DNA of 43,830 bases, counting the filler, from Jimgerdemannia flammicorona (Eukaryota): the NCBI GenBank assembly GCA_003990765.1. It is 2 parts of 2 records of this genome, joined end to end, with 100 filler letters (N's around TTAATTAATTAA, not from the genome) between each part and the next. Parts side by side here need not be neighbours in the genome. Positions count along the whole stretch, not along the records: positions 1 to 21,871 come from RBNJ01001378.1; 1 more part is not named here. The stretch is one strand, 5' to 3'. The notes below the pieces were generated by a model, which did no database searches, had not been told where the DNA came from, and saw nothing but the letters and a program-made list of their open reading frames with translations. How positions within the stretch are numbered: position 1 is the stretch's first letter; the number at the start of each line of letters is the position of its first letter. This document shows, in pieces, positions 1 to 12,229 of this stretch. The translations under genes and the position numbers were made by a program.

Positions 1-381
1 TGTCTGGGAGAGTTCGGGGACTTCTTCAATGGTGAGATCTTGACGGATTTCTTCAATGATTGCTTGGGCAATCCTTTGGCCTGTTTTGACTTCAAATGAT
101 GTGTCTCCAAAATTTCGCAAGATGACACGGATTTCTCCAGTAAATCCTTGGTCAACTACTCCTCCTCTTAGCCCAATGTTGAACTCTTTGGCTAGGCTGC
201 TTCGCTCAGCAAAGCGGATGTATGTACCTCTAGGGGCTTGCATTGCAATTCCTGTTCGCACTGTGGCATTGGTGCTTAGTGGGATGGTGAGGTCTTGGCT
301 GCTGTAGAGGTCATATCCAGCATCAGTTGGGTGGGCCTTAGTGGGGATGGTGGCCTTGTACCATATCTTCTGTACTTTGAT
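1..381 (-). CDS. dut: dUTPase domain of the retrotransposon polyprotein (3' end outside the window)
   Basis: Manual translation, absent from the ORF track: IKVQKIWYKATIPTKAHPTDAGYDLYSSQDLTIP...TVRTGIAMQAPRGTYIRFAERSSLAKEFNIGLRGGVVDQGFTGEIRVILRNFGDTSFEVKTGQRIAQAIIEEI. This contains trimeric dUTPase motifs 1-4 (AGYDL, RSS, GVVDxGFTGEI, GQRIAQ). Confidence 0.93.
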   Translation of the reverse strand, partial: MKVQKIWYKATIPTKAHPTDAGYDLYSSQDLTIPLSTNATVRTGIAMQAPRGTYIRFAERSSLAKEFNIGLRGGVVDQGFTGEIRVILRNFGDTSFEVKTGQRIAQAIIEEIRQDLTIEEVPELSQT

Positions 382-2250
382 GACATTCTTGGGGTTCTTC
401 TTTCCTGGACCTTCTCCAATAACAGTAATGTTCTGGTTACTAGGTTCGCCTGATCTGTTTCTCTTCTCAGGGCATTTGACTGAGATATGTCCTGCCTTCT
501 TGCAGATGAAGCACAATCCTTTTTTGTGGAGCTACTTCTTCTCATCCTCAGTGGGAGGTCTGGGTCCTCTGGGGTTTCGCTGGTTCCTTTGATCATATCT
601 TTGATCATATCTTTGGTCATTCCTTTGATCATTTCTCCTGGTAGGATTTCTCCTATCTTGGGTATCTTTCTTGTATTCTTGATTTCGTGGAGCTTGTGCA
701 GCAAGGATTTCGCGGGCTCTTCTTTGTACTTGGGCAAAGCACCATGAGTAGTGGGGGCATCCTTGGGGAAGACCTTGTTCCTTGATCTTCTGGGTGAGCC
801 AGTCTGGTAGGGCTGCAAAGAGATGGTTGGCTCTGGTACCATTGATGGCCAAATTGTTCTCCTGATAGGTAAGTCCAACCATTTTGAGGTAGGCATCCAT
901 TCTGGTAGCAAAGGTCTCTAGATCTTCTTCGCTATTCTTGTGGAACTTCATCTGGGACAGTTTGTTCCATGTTTCTTGTATGTAGGCCACATTTTGGAAT
1001 TTGGTCAATAGCAAGGCCTTGAGTCCTGGGCCTGCTTCGTGGTCATCCCAACCTTGTCTATTGTTGCCAGGTACTTGTCCATTGACTTGAGGGTGGGCTT
1101 CCCAGGTTACTGGGTGTTGTTCCAAGGTTCGCCAGAATTCAGCTGCTGTTCCAGTGAAGAATGTGGCTACTGTTTCTACTTGTGCTGCTGATGTGGCAAA
1201 CAGCTGTTGAAGGGTGCTGTTCTGGTTGTTGGTGAGCATTCCTATAGGTACTCGGTTGTCATTCCATTGGTTTGCTCGGTAGCCTGTATCAACTGTATTG
1301 ATGAAGTTTTCGATTTCACTGTTTTTTCCACTGAATGTTGGGATTCGCAAGGTCTTGGTTGGTTTGTTCTATTCAGCAATCTGTCCTACTATCCCTGCTA
1401 GTGCTGCTAGCTGGGTGGTCAGTGCTGTAATATTAGTATCTACTATTGTGTTGACTATTGGTGGTGGGGCTGTTGGGGTAGATTCTCCTGAAGATTGTTC
1501 TGCTTGGTGGGGTTGTGGTGCTGTATGACTTGGGGTTGCTTGGTTCCTGGATATTAAGTCAAAGAGTCCTGTGAGAGAGGGTAAACCAAATCTCTGTATA
1601 GGTGGCTGAGTTGGTTCTGGAGTCTGATCTCCTTGGCCTGTGGTTTCTTGGTAAATTCCTAGGCCTGCTGTTCCTAGTTGGCTATCGTCAGACTGGTGAC
1701 CTGTAGATTCTTCGTCTGACCCCCTTCCCTGATGAGATAGTGCGTCCTCATACTGACTAGGTCCTTCAAAGAGGATATCAGTCTCTGGCTGGGTTGATGG
1801 GCCTGCTCCTTGTTCAGCAGTAGGGGAAGGTTGGCCTGCTTGCTCGTTCTCGTACCTAGTTATGGCAGAGGCATAGTATACAACTAGCCTGTAGTAGAGG
1901 GAGGTCTTGGTTGGGGTATGGTGATATCTATCAGAGGCAATCTACTCAGCAGCTGCTTCTCTTACTGCAGGGGGTGTAATATAATCTAGAAAATCCTGGG
2001 TGGCTGCAACAGTAGATTCTGGGGTCCTAGTGGTTCCAATGTGTCCTCGGAGGAGTTCGTAGAACCTACGGTAGCTAACAATATTCCTAAGTCCTGGGTG
2101 GTATGTCCTAAAGGCCTGGTATAGATCCTTGTAAGCCTGGTCAATTACAAGCTAGTGGGTCCTTGGGTCTGTAGTTTCCTGATACCACCTGGTCCTAATG
2201 GCAAGGGCTTCTCTGGCTCTGGTTTGAGGATCCACGGTTGTTCCTGGGGG
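382..2250 (-). pseudogene. gag: Gag polyprotein with CX2CX4HX4C knuckle (472-513), broken by in-frame stops
   Basis: ORF 532-1350 (RIPTFSGKNSEIENFI...FFTGTAAEFW...LETFATRM) resembles a retrotransposon capsid. The same frame continues past TAG 532 into CFICKKAGHISVKC, and upstream with isolated TAG stops at 1369, 1942 and 2152. It contains (N/Y)DQR 12-bp tandem repeats near 585-635. The start is approximate. Confidence 0.8.
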
Positions 2251-2321
2251 TTACTCCTGTCCAAGGTTGGTCTTGTTCCAACTTCAGGAGTGTGTCCTTT
2301 GGTGCCTTCTTGGCTGGTAAT

Positions 2322-2333
2322 CCACTGCTACCA
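2322..2333 (-). promoter_or_regulatory. Primer-binding site, initiator-tRNA-Met type
   Basis: The minus strand reads TGGTAGCAGTGG, 3 nt after the LTR end. This matches the TGGTAGC pattern complementary to the tRNA-iMet 3' end. Confidence 0.75.
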
Positions 2334-2336
2334 AGT

Positions 2337-3116
2337 TATAATAACTCTCACTTCTATCCCTCTCTTATCCTTAGGATAATTAGGGAAGTGGACTATTACT
2401 TAGAGACTTAGTACACAAGGTGTACCAAGAAGCCTTCAGTTGAGGAAGCGCTCGCTTAAAGTAGTTGTAGCGGCAGTGCCTTATCTTTCAAAGGTCTTTC
2501 TCTTGTGCCCTATTTCGAGGGTCTTGTTCCTTGCTGTGCACAGACTGAATTCGCCTTGGAATTCAGGTTCAATGGGTTTACTTAAGTCTTTGGGGATTTA
2601 TATACTAGTCTCAGCTCTGGCAGAAGTTAGCTAGGCTTCTGGAGTTTAGTCAGAAACACTAGAGTCACTTAGATGTCATTACTAAGACTCAGGAAAATGT
2701 GTGTGTGTGGGGGGGACTTGATTCTTGTATCAAGGACTGAACTAAAACTGATTTATTTCGGATGGAAACTGGGGGGTATTTATACAAGTTGGTCCATGAT
2801 TTCTGACTAAGTATGAGTGACTAATTTGGTAACTATAATGAGGTTTGTGATCACAACCTTTGTCAGGTGGTTTTTGGCAAAAACAACTTTGTGATCAGGA
2901 CCTCAATTACTAGGCAATGATCAGCAACTGTGGCAACTGTTACTGCGGCGCCGATTGATGGGGATAAGCTAGATATCGTTTTCCGCATCGTTTCGCATCA
3001 TTCGTTCGTTCGTTATTCATATGTCATGCATCGTTCGTATGATGACGTCATCGCTCGCTGGGTCACGTGATCGCTCGTCGTTCGTCGCGTCCCATCTGTT
3101 CGCTCATTCTATTACA
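2337..3116 (-). repeat. 5' LTR (780 bp)
   Basis: On the minus strand it starts TGTAATA (3116) and ends TATTATA (2337; TATTACA with one C>T). It has an internal TATAAATACCCCCC box and an adjacent PBS. Confidence 0.8.
2777..2784 (-). promoter_or_regulatory. TATA box of the LTR promoter
   Basis: TATAAATA followed by CCCCCC on the minus strand, downstream of the CpG-rich U3 segment. Confidence 0.55.
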
Positions 3117-6100
3117 GCAGGACTATTAGAGGATATACTGAAGACTGGGTTGACTGTTGGAGAGGTGTATGTTCTAATAGTATACTACTTGAGGTGGGAT
3201 TCTAGAGTGGTGCAGCTTCTGGTAAAAGGGGTTCCTATAGTAACTACTGTGGAGATGAGGAGGAGAGTTAAAGAAGTCATGATTAAGTATGGGAAGGTAG
3301 TCAATATAGGGTTTAGGGTCTTAGAAGGGACCTCCTTTCAGACAGAGAATGTTGATATCTAAATTTAATTAGCAGAGAGGAAGGCTACTAGGAAGGCTTG
3401 TAATTGGCCTTCAGTAATAGTGTGGAGAGCATTTATGTGCAAGATGATAAGGATGAAGAGGAGTGAGGAGGAGGAAGAGGACTTGTTAGAAGTGCTGGAG
3501 GAGCTGAATAGTACAGTGGAGCAGAGGGTAAAGGCTTGGAAGATATATGTAGAGTTGATACACTTGGAGATTATTGATGGGAGGTATATCTAAGTTGATA
3601 AGGAGATGTGAGAGAGGTCCCAAGGATGTAAGAGGCAGAGAGAGTTGCTAGCAAACCTGGAGGAAAAGATGAAGAGGGTTGCTGGTAGTATTGAGGATAC
3701 TGGAGGAGCCAAGATGAGTGTCTGGGCCAGCAGATATGGAGAGAAGGTGGAGGTGGGTCCAGAGGAGACTGGGAAGGTACTGAGCAAAGACCTATATAAG
3801 GATGGTATATTCAAAGTCTGGGAGGATACTTCTCCTCCTTTTATCAGATAGGGACTAGCTATGAGAGTGCAGAGGCAGATATCTCAATACTGGAAGAAGA
3901 AAGGCCAATGACTTCAGAGGGAGAGAGGTGAGAAACCTATAATAGATATGTCAGATGATAAATAACTTGGTAGCTGAGAAGTTGGGAGAAGTGGACCTGA
4001 GGGTGATGAGTGATGAGTATTGGACATAGATCTTATATAGCAATAGAGTGGTAGTGGCTCTGAAGGTGGAGATACTTGCAGTTTTCTTGGAGGAGGAAGA
4101 ATATGAGGTCAATAAGGAGAGGAAAGTAGAGTTGACATTTGCTGCTGGGGAGGGGGCCACTCTCTGGTGGGCAGAGTATCATGAATTGCAGCTCTGGCAA
4201 GAGGCCTGTCTAGAGTATCATGAGGACTTTGAGAAAAAGAAGAATAGGAAACTAACTGAAATTCTAGTTGAATTGGAGGCAAAGAGGGTTGAAGAGGAGG
4301 AGGTGGCTTTGAAATACAACTTAGACTTAGCACAGGAGGAAATGAATGTGAAGTTGTAGAGGATATACATAACTCTGAATATTATTTCTTATAAATAGTA
4401 CAACAAATATTTTTTCTTTGAACATGAATGGACTACAGGGTTCAGTTAGGTATTGGAAAATTTTTACTTAGCTGAAGGGCTTGGAAGCTGATCTCTTTCT
4501 TTTGCAGGATATTAGATATGAAGATGACTTAGACAGACTAAATGGATGATAGAATGGAAAGGTATGGTAATTTGGAAGAGTAAGATTGGGATTCTGGTCT
4601 GGAGAAGTAGAGGAGAAATATAAGATATGAGAAGCTAAGGAGACAGACTGGTCTGGGGAGAGTGGATTCAACCTAGCTGGGAGCCAGTTACAGTGGAGTC
4701 CTGTTACTGCCCTACTATATATAGTGAGAGAGTGGATTGGATGAAGGAACTCCTGGAGAGTAGAACTCTTGCAGAGGCTGGAGTGGACATTCTTAGAAGA
4801 GACTTTAATATGGTCCAGGAGACATTGGTGGATAGGACTGACAAAGGGTGGGGGACTGAGGGCAGAAGTGGGGGGCTGGTGATGTGAGAAGAAGTAGAGA
4901 GACTGAGTGCTCTGGTAGATGCTAGCAAGGGGTTCTGGGATAATTGAAGAGTATACACACACTGGGCAAATAGTATAGATATGAGAATTGACTGGATGCT
5001 GATAGCAGACTGCTGGAGCTTGGATGTTTGAAAGTCACTAGAGATTGAGTAGTGTCCATAGTCTAATTACTGGGGACTATTAGGACAGGGTCATTTTAGA
5101 GAGAGTAGAGATGGGCCTGGACATTGGTACCTCAATTCCTCTTTGTTGGCTGAGAAGAGTTTGTGGGATAAGTGGGCAGAGAACATTCAACAGAGAATAG
5201 AGGGCTGGATACAGAAGGGGGTTGCAGTTAGTGTCTAGTGGGTGAAGTTGAAGGAGACTGCTAGGGTTTACTAGAGTGAAGCTAGTAAGATGACAGAAAG
5301 ACAGAAGAGAAGGAGAGTGACCTGGACTTCTGCTAGATTGGCTGGGCTTTTGGAGGATTGGGCTGGACTCTTGGCCCTGGAGGGGGTAGAGAACTGGAGG
5401 GTAATGTGGGTAAAGCTAGAGGTTACAGAGTTATAACAGGTGTTGAGAGAGGAAGAGGAGATGAGAGTGTGGGATTTGGCTATACAATTATACTGGCAGA
5501 GGCTAGAGAAGAGGGAGAGGCCCTCTAAGTATCTCTCAAGGACCCTTTAGATGAGAAAAGTGAGGCATAGATGGAAAGGGGTTCTTGATGCTAATAGTCT
5601 GCTGGTACATGGTTCATAGAATATTCTGGGCTTATTGAAAGAGAGGTGGAGTAGTTTGTAGAGTGAGGAGGAGGGTGGGGCTGATGCTGCTGCTATAGAA
5701 CATACTTTGGAGAAATGACACCCACTACAAGTTGATGGGCTGGGAGGCTTGATAGTACTAGTTCAGGAGGAGAAAATTTACCAGGTTCTTGCCATGACTA
5801 TGTCAGACATAGTATCTGGAGAGAATAGTCTACCCTGAGACTTTTGGAAGAAGATAGTGGATGTCTCTGAAGTGATGGAGGAGTTGATGTCACTTTGTGA
5901 CTTAGTACTACAGTCTGGGAGGTGGGTGGGGGAGTAGGATCTGGGACTGGTAGCTCTGCTCTTTAAGAATAAGGGTAGGAGAGAGAACTGGAAGAACTGG
6001 TGGCCCATCATACTACTGGACATGGACAGGAAGTTAGTCACTAAGGTAGTGGTGGCAAGGCTGTAGAAGGTGGCTCAGCAATTCTTAGGTGAGGAGTAGT

Positions 6101-8268
6101 AAGGTTTTGTAGGGGGCTGGCTCATTAGAGATAGTATGGTCTGAGTGCATGGTATTATTGAAGGGGCTCAAGCCTGTGGACTGGATGGGAGATTGGTCTT
6201 CTTAGATCAGGAGAAGATATATGACCATATACAGCAGGTCTAGCTGGCAAAGATTCTGGACAGGATTAGTGTCTCTCAGTAGTTCTGAGTGGTAATGATC
6301 AGCCTACTGGAAGAGAGTAGAGTGGTACTCATATGTAATAAATATAGAAGAGTGGCATTTCCTCTGGGAAGGAGTGTTCCTCAGGGGGACCCACTGTCTC
6401 CTATTTTGTATGCTCTATTCTTGGAGCCTTTGATAGATAGGATTCAGTGAAAGATAGTAGAACTATTGATATTTGGAATTGTATGGAAAGTTGGAGCCTT
6501 TGCTGATAATATGGTAGTTGGTCTAGGATCAGTTGCTGATATTGAGAAACTCCAGAAAACAGTGGAGTGGTATGAGGTATACTCTGGAACTAAACTTAAC
6601 TAGTATAAGTGTGAAATGATGGTATTAAGCAATGAACTGGTGGGAGAGGATATTATTGGAAATGGTGGTTAGACTGGGTTTATTGAAGAATATAGAGAAA
6701 TTAAGGAGGACAGTGGAATGGTATGAGAGGGGCTCAGGTGCCAAACTCAACTGGTACAAATGTGAGACTCTGGTGCTAGATAGCAGAATAGTTGGTGGTG
6801 ATATGATTGGAATAGTGGTTCCAGCAGGAGAACTGGTCTGGTACTTAGAGATCTTCTTCTCAGTATATGGGTCTCTTCTACTCTATGTATGGTGGGAACA
6901 GCAGCTACTAGTATGGAGGAATGTTCTCTTGAGGTAGGGTGGTTGGCATATATCCTTGGCAGGAAGGGTGATGGTGCTGAATGTATATTGGCTACCAAAG
7001 TTATGATATGTAGAGTATCATCTAGACTTCCTAGCATAGATGGTCAGGTGCCTTCTGAAGTTGGCAAGATTGTAGATTTGGGCTTGGTGGCATAGTCAGA
7101 TAGGCTAGAAGGTTCTGACTCTGCCTGTTGACAGAGGTGGGCTGGGCTTAGTAGACTTCATCAAGTGTCTTTATTATCTAAGAGTATAGTGGCTGAAGAG
7201 AGCAAGTGAGTTAAGAGGTTGGGAGTGGGTACTACTTATGCAGAGGGTGTGGGAAGCCTGGTACTCCCCCTGTAGAGTGACTGGTGACCTGCTTGTAATG
7301 GTGACATTGGATGGGAGTAAGAGGTTATGGTACAAAGACTTTGGTGGAGAGTGGTGGATAGTGTGAGGAGAATTGGACTTCAGTAGAGAGATGGTGAGAG
7401 GGAGAAGGACTGGGGACCATAAATGTAGAGATAAGACTAGCTACTGCTGGGAGATATATTGGTGGAGAATTTTCAGCTTAGTGATGGAATAGAATATCTA
7501 TGGGGACTTGGGGGAGATGTGTGGCCTGAAGCTTAGCAAAGAGTAGGGATTGGTAAGGAGTGGGACTGGAATGGTATTTGGCTTTGGAGCAAGTAAGTGA
7601 TATAGTGACTTCCCCCCAAGTTCTGAGTGGTATAGTGGAGATCCTTAAGGTAGAATGTGATGCTGAACTACTGGTCAGGACACTTGGTGGCAGATGGTAT
7701 ATTTGAGTATAAGAAATGCTTGGATGTTGGCCAGGAGAGAGGAGTGGTACAAATGCCTGAACATTGGCTAGGAGAGTGTAAGATTGTGGGGGAGTTTTGA
7801 AATAGTATTGCTAGTAGACTGGGATTGTACTCCCTGGTGAGAGGAGAGGGAGGGAGATGGAGGGACCTCTGGCATAGGTTAGTGGGTGGGGTTAAGGATG
7901 AATAGTTGACCTTAGGATGGGTCCTGGCAATTTGGGTAGGGCTGGCTGACCATTGGCTTCATGTCTTTGAGGAGGGCCAGCAGGTTGCAGTTAGAGCTAG
8001 GGTAGCATATTGGGAATGGTTAATACTTGACATCTTGAATGATTGGTAGAGAGGGTGGGGGCCAGGTGAGGATAGCTGTCAGGATCTGGTAACTTATATT
8101 TGTAAGAAGAGTGGAGAGAGGATTCAGGTAGCAGGTGGTTGGGTTGTCCTTCAGTAGAGAGAGATAGAGAATAAAGAGAGAGATCCAAGGAGCATTGGCT
8201 GAGGGGCTGTGGATACATATATATTATTATTTATAGATTGAGTAATAATAAATAGAAGTCTGAGTGAC

Positions 8269-8310
<42 letters not shown>

Positions 8311-9772
8311 TATCATTGGAACAATTGTCCCAGCTGAAGAGACAGTACAATACTTAGGTATTTATCTGTCAGTATATGGGTCAGTCCTACTATGACCTTG
8401 GTGGGAGCAGCAGATAGCTATCTGGGAGGAGGTCTTGTAAAGTTGGAATAGTGTCACTTGTCTTTGGTAAAGTATATTACTATTTTGAATGTCTACTGAC
8501 TGTCAAAGTTGTGGTATTTGGCATATCATCTAGACTTTCCAGCCTGAGTGGTGAAGAGGCTATTGAGGTTGGCCAAAGATTAGATCTGGGCTAGAAGGAG
8601 AAGTCAGATTAGCTGGAATATCTTATCATTGCTAGTGGCTAGAGGTAGTCTTGGACTGGTTGACTTTCCAAAGAGACTGTATTGTCTGAGAGTATGGTGG
8701 CTGAAGAGAGTAATAGAACTGAGAGATAGTAGCTGGGTTTCTCTGATGAAGAAGGTCTGGGAGAAGAGATACTTATTAAGAGGATCTACAGGAGATCTAC
8801 TGTCCTTGGTTGGGTTTCCAAATAGTAGGTGAATGTAATTTAAGGGCTTCTAGTGAGGAGTAGTAAATGGGGCTCACTGCATTAGAATTCATTGGTAGAG
8901 AGATGAAGGAGAGGTGCCTTGGAGTCTGGTAATGTAGGAATGAGATCAAGTATTACTGGGGGGCACCCTCTTATAGACATTGATATTGGTAATAGAGTAG
9001 AATACCAGAGGGAGTTGGGACAGAATGTATGATCTAGTAACTAGTAGATGGTGGGAATTGGAGAGGAGTAGGACTAGAATGAAGTTTAGGCCTAGAGTGT
9101 AGAGATAAGATAATGGTTACCATCCAAGTACTAGGTGGTTTAGTAGTGCATGCTGTGGAGGAATATTATGCTCAACTTTCACTTGGGCTACCTTATAGAG
9201 GGGGGGAACTTTGACTATAAGGAGTGCTATAATGTAGGACAGGAAGGGAGATTTGTATAGATATCAGAACATTGGCTGGGGAAGTGCAAGGTACTTGGTG
9301 ATTTTTAGTTAGTAGTTGGAAATAGATTAGATGCTATGTATAGGGGGGATGACAAATAGGGTTGATGAGAGAATCTAAAAGATAGATTAGTGGGGGGGAG
9401 TGGAGAAGGAGTGACTGACTTTGGGTTAAGTATTGGTAGTATAGATGGGACTAGCAGATTACTGGCTATTTGTTTTTGAGGAAGAAAAGTATTTGAGTTT
9501 AGAAGAGTAGTTGTCAAGATGGAAAGGATTGATGGAGGATACCTTGATGGACTGGTAGCTGGGATGAGGTCTGCAGAGAGATTAGTAGTATTATTTAGTA
9601 GAGAAAATTTGTGGGCAGAGTGAGGAAAAAGTTGAAGTAGTGGGTAATAAGGTAGTTTTCAAGTGTGAGAATATAGAGGGGGGGGCTCTCTAGGGATATT
9701 AGGTAGCAGGAGGGGATATTGTAATATAATTATATATAATAGATTGATAATAAATGGCAGAGTTTAAGAGAC

Positions 9773-9822
<50 letters not shown>
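3117..9822 (+). mobile_element. LINE copy 1 (L1/Tx1-type, APE+RT), degenerate; 5' part cut by the LTR element, interrupted at 6662-8305
   Basis: Colinear with copies 3 and 4: ORF1 VVQLLVKGVP; APE FSLNMNGL, RDFN, RIDW; RT WKNWWPIILLDMDRK, LDQEK, VPQGDPLSP, FADN. It ends in the conserved 3' motif and poly(A) at 9776-9822. Confidence 0.92.
6662..8305 (+). mobile_element. LINE copy 2, 5'-truncated related subfamily nested in copy 1
   Basis: It restarts the RT C-terminal region (SGAKLNWYKC) and ends in ...gtgactat plus poly(A) at 8272-8305. It is flanked by a 16-bp TSD: gaggatattattggaa (6646-6661) and gagaatatcattggaa (8306-8321). Confidence 0.9.
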
Positions 9823-9825
<3 letters not shown>

Positions 9826-10883
9826 GAAGAATTATAGAGCACTAAGAGAGATTATATTCATCCTTTTGAATATACAAATGAAACTCATCATTAATGCTAT
9901 AATAGTAAATGAAGGAGATCTTATATAATCACTATTAACAGATATGTATCTGTATTAAATAGATTTCATCTGAAAGTATAACTGTTTGATCTCTAAATGA
10001 AGTTCAAGAAGAGTATCTAAGATTATACCAACTATATTGATAATCTGGTGAATCAAGTAAACTCTCTTCTATATCAGTAGAACTTATCAAGGATAAAGAT
10101 AAGGTTTTAGCCCTTATATATAATCTTTCTGAGATATATAATATAGTTATCACTACTATGAGAGAATTCAGCAAACTATTAGACTATAAGTATATCATCA
10201 CAAGCCTTTTAAATAAGGAATCAAGACTAGGTAGCAATAACAATGATGGTGATAATAAAAAAGCTTTCTATAGAGCATATAGATAAGATAAAGGTAAGCT
10301 GAGCAAAGGATGAGACCAAGGCCAGAAATGTGAGAAATTTGATAATGAATACTTCTTTTATAATAAGTATGGACATTGCAAGTAAGACTGTAATCATAAG
10401 AAAAAGAAAAGGAGTGGTCAAGGTGAGCAATGTGGACAATAGCAGATAAATATTATGAATGCCAACAATTGTAATAATGAAAGTAACAGAAATAGCAAAG
10501 ATCTGTTTTTTATAGAAGCAGTGATCTATCTACATACAGAAGGAGTTATAAGAATGAAAAATGTTGACATAAGTACTAGTATAAATATAAGCATATACTT
10601 GTAAGAGGGTTACTTATTAGAGTAACCATTATGTAGTTCTGAAAGAATTTTCTGGAAGTTCTGGATATTCTAAAAGACTATTTTCTTAAGATCAGAATCA
10701 ATTTCATATGAAGTACATCCTCTATACTTATTGATTTCAAGATTGGATTGATATCTCAACCAAAGTTCTTTTTTGGACTAGTTCTAGATATTCAGGATTT
10801 TTTATATTTCAGGAAGTTCAAGAAACTAAGACCAACTTAGTTGAATCAGCATATTACTGCAGACAATACCCAATTAGGAAATT

Positions 10884-11458
10884 TGTAATAGGGTTAGAAG
10901 TGGGACCTAATGGAGAGCAGATTTACTTAAGAGTAGTTTGTGGGTTATTAAATAGATTTATTTATTATTCATGATATTGCTATACTAAAAATAGTTGTAT
11001 AAAGAGATATTGTGAAGAAGTATTCAGGAGGTGTGTTCAGATTGTTCTATATATTCAAGTCTGAGATTCTGAGATCTAGAGGAGGGAGTATTTATATGTA
11101 CTAGTGGGAGGCTATCTGGACTATGCTAAATATGGATATAGTACTTAGTGTCTTGCTGAGTTGGAATACAGTCATATAGTATAAGTATGATCTGATATAT
11201 CAAGAGATCATCTGACTACTGAGTTAGTTCACAGTCACATTGTATAAGACTAATCTAACTATACTAATGTACTAAGTTATCTATAAATTTAGATGCTATC
11301 TGGGTAGTCTTTGATGATATCACTATTGATGACATCATCTCTGGTAAAGTCTGAGCAGTTTTCTGACTTCTGATATCATCAGTTTCAAAGATGTCATCAT
11401 CTCTATCTCTTGCAAAATTAAGGCTATTCTTGGTAGTAGTAGTTGTACAAAAATAACA
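10884..11458 (-). repeat. 3' LTR (about 575 bp) of a Gypsy element related to the chromovirus at 24391-41900
   Basis: Termini tgtaata...aataaca. Bases 10915-11350 align with 24391-24818. An A16 purine tract on the minus strand (11467-11482) sits just upstream in PPT position. The internal flank 12059-12110 matches 26058-26108 and 43200-43248. Confidence 0.7.
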
Positions 11459-12229
11459 GATCTTGGTTTTTTTTTTTTTTTTGAACTACTGGCACATTTG
11501 TGAGAACTGACCATTCTTGTCTAGAGCAAGGGCTCTCATTGTTATAGCTGGGGGTTTGAATCTTTCAGAAATGATATTTTCTATAATCTGAGACAATTTC
11601 TAGTAGTAATATCTATCATATAGATGGACTTGAGATTGGTTTTGACAATGTCAGCTTTCTTGAGTTCAGATGAAGCATCTGTTATTCTCCAATGGAGGTG
11701 ATACAGATAGAGCAAATGGGGTTATTCAAATGCATTTTGCTTCTACTAAGTGATGAGGTCTTATATGGTTATAGTATATCTTAGTCTTAAGTTGATAAGT
11801 GTGGTTTATAAATCTTTGATAGATGAGATAGAGTTCTTCTCATCTTGGTTTGAGTTTGGTACTTCAGTTTCTTTTTATAATAGTACAGTATACCAAAACA
11901 AGTTATAGAGGTTTAGGGTTGGTCTTATGGTTGTAGTACTTCTTCTAGTATTCTTATATCTTGGCAGTAGGTTCTTTTGCTTACTGGTATATTTTATATG
12001 ACTAGGTGATCTCTTCAGTAACTTGTTTTATAGTCTCACATGTGGTTTCTGAATTAGTTCTGAGGGTGATATACAATTTTGGTGGCTTAGAGGTTATATG
12101 CTTACAATGCTGAGTGTCTACATATACAGTGAAGAAGTTTGACTCATGGATTCCAGTATAATATAATATATAATAGCTTACTGTAAGTAGTTTTCTACAT
12201 ATGAGAAATTTGAGCATCCCATACCTATT

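Larger units (their letters stand above)
1..3116 (-). mobile_element. LTR retrotransposon (Ty3/Gypsy-like), 5' part: LTR-PBS-gag-zinc knuckle-dUTPase; continues beyond the left edge
   Basis: LTR with TGTAATA-type termini, a tRNA-iMet-like PBS, a long Gag frame, a CCHC knuckle and a dUTPase, all on the minus strand. The right end abuts the middle of a LINE ORF1. RT and IN lie outside the window, so the superfamily is inferred. Confidence 0.85.

Noticed and set aside
532..534. TAG as a programmed gag-pol readthrough codon
   Set aside because: It lies before the zinc knuckle, and similar isolated TAGs occur at 1369, 1942 and 2152. CAG>TAG decay is simpler; other copies would settle it.
276..911. 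211-aa overlapping minus-strand ORF
   Set aside because: It is an alternative frame over Gag with no motif. The Gag/knuckle/dUTPase frame explains the sequence.
9823..10880. Decayed coding-like DNA and ttctggaa/ttcaggaa repeats
   Set aside because: It may be an old gene or DNA-transposon remnant, but no motif, terminal repeat pair or TSD could be supported.
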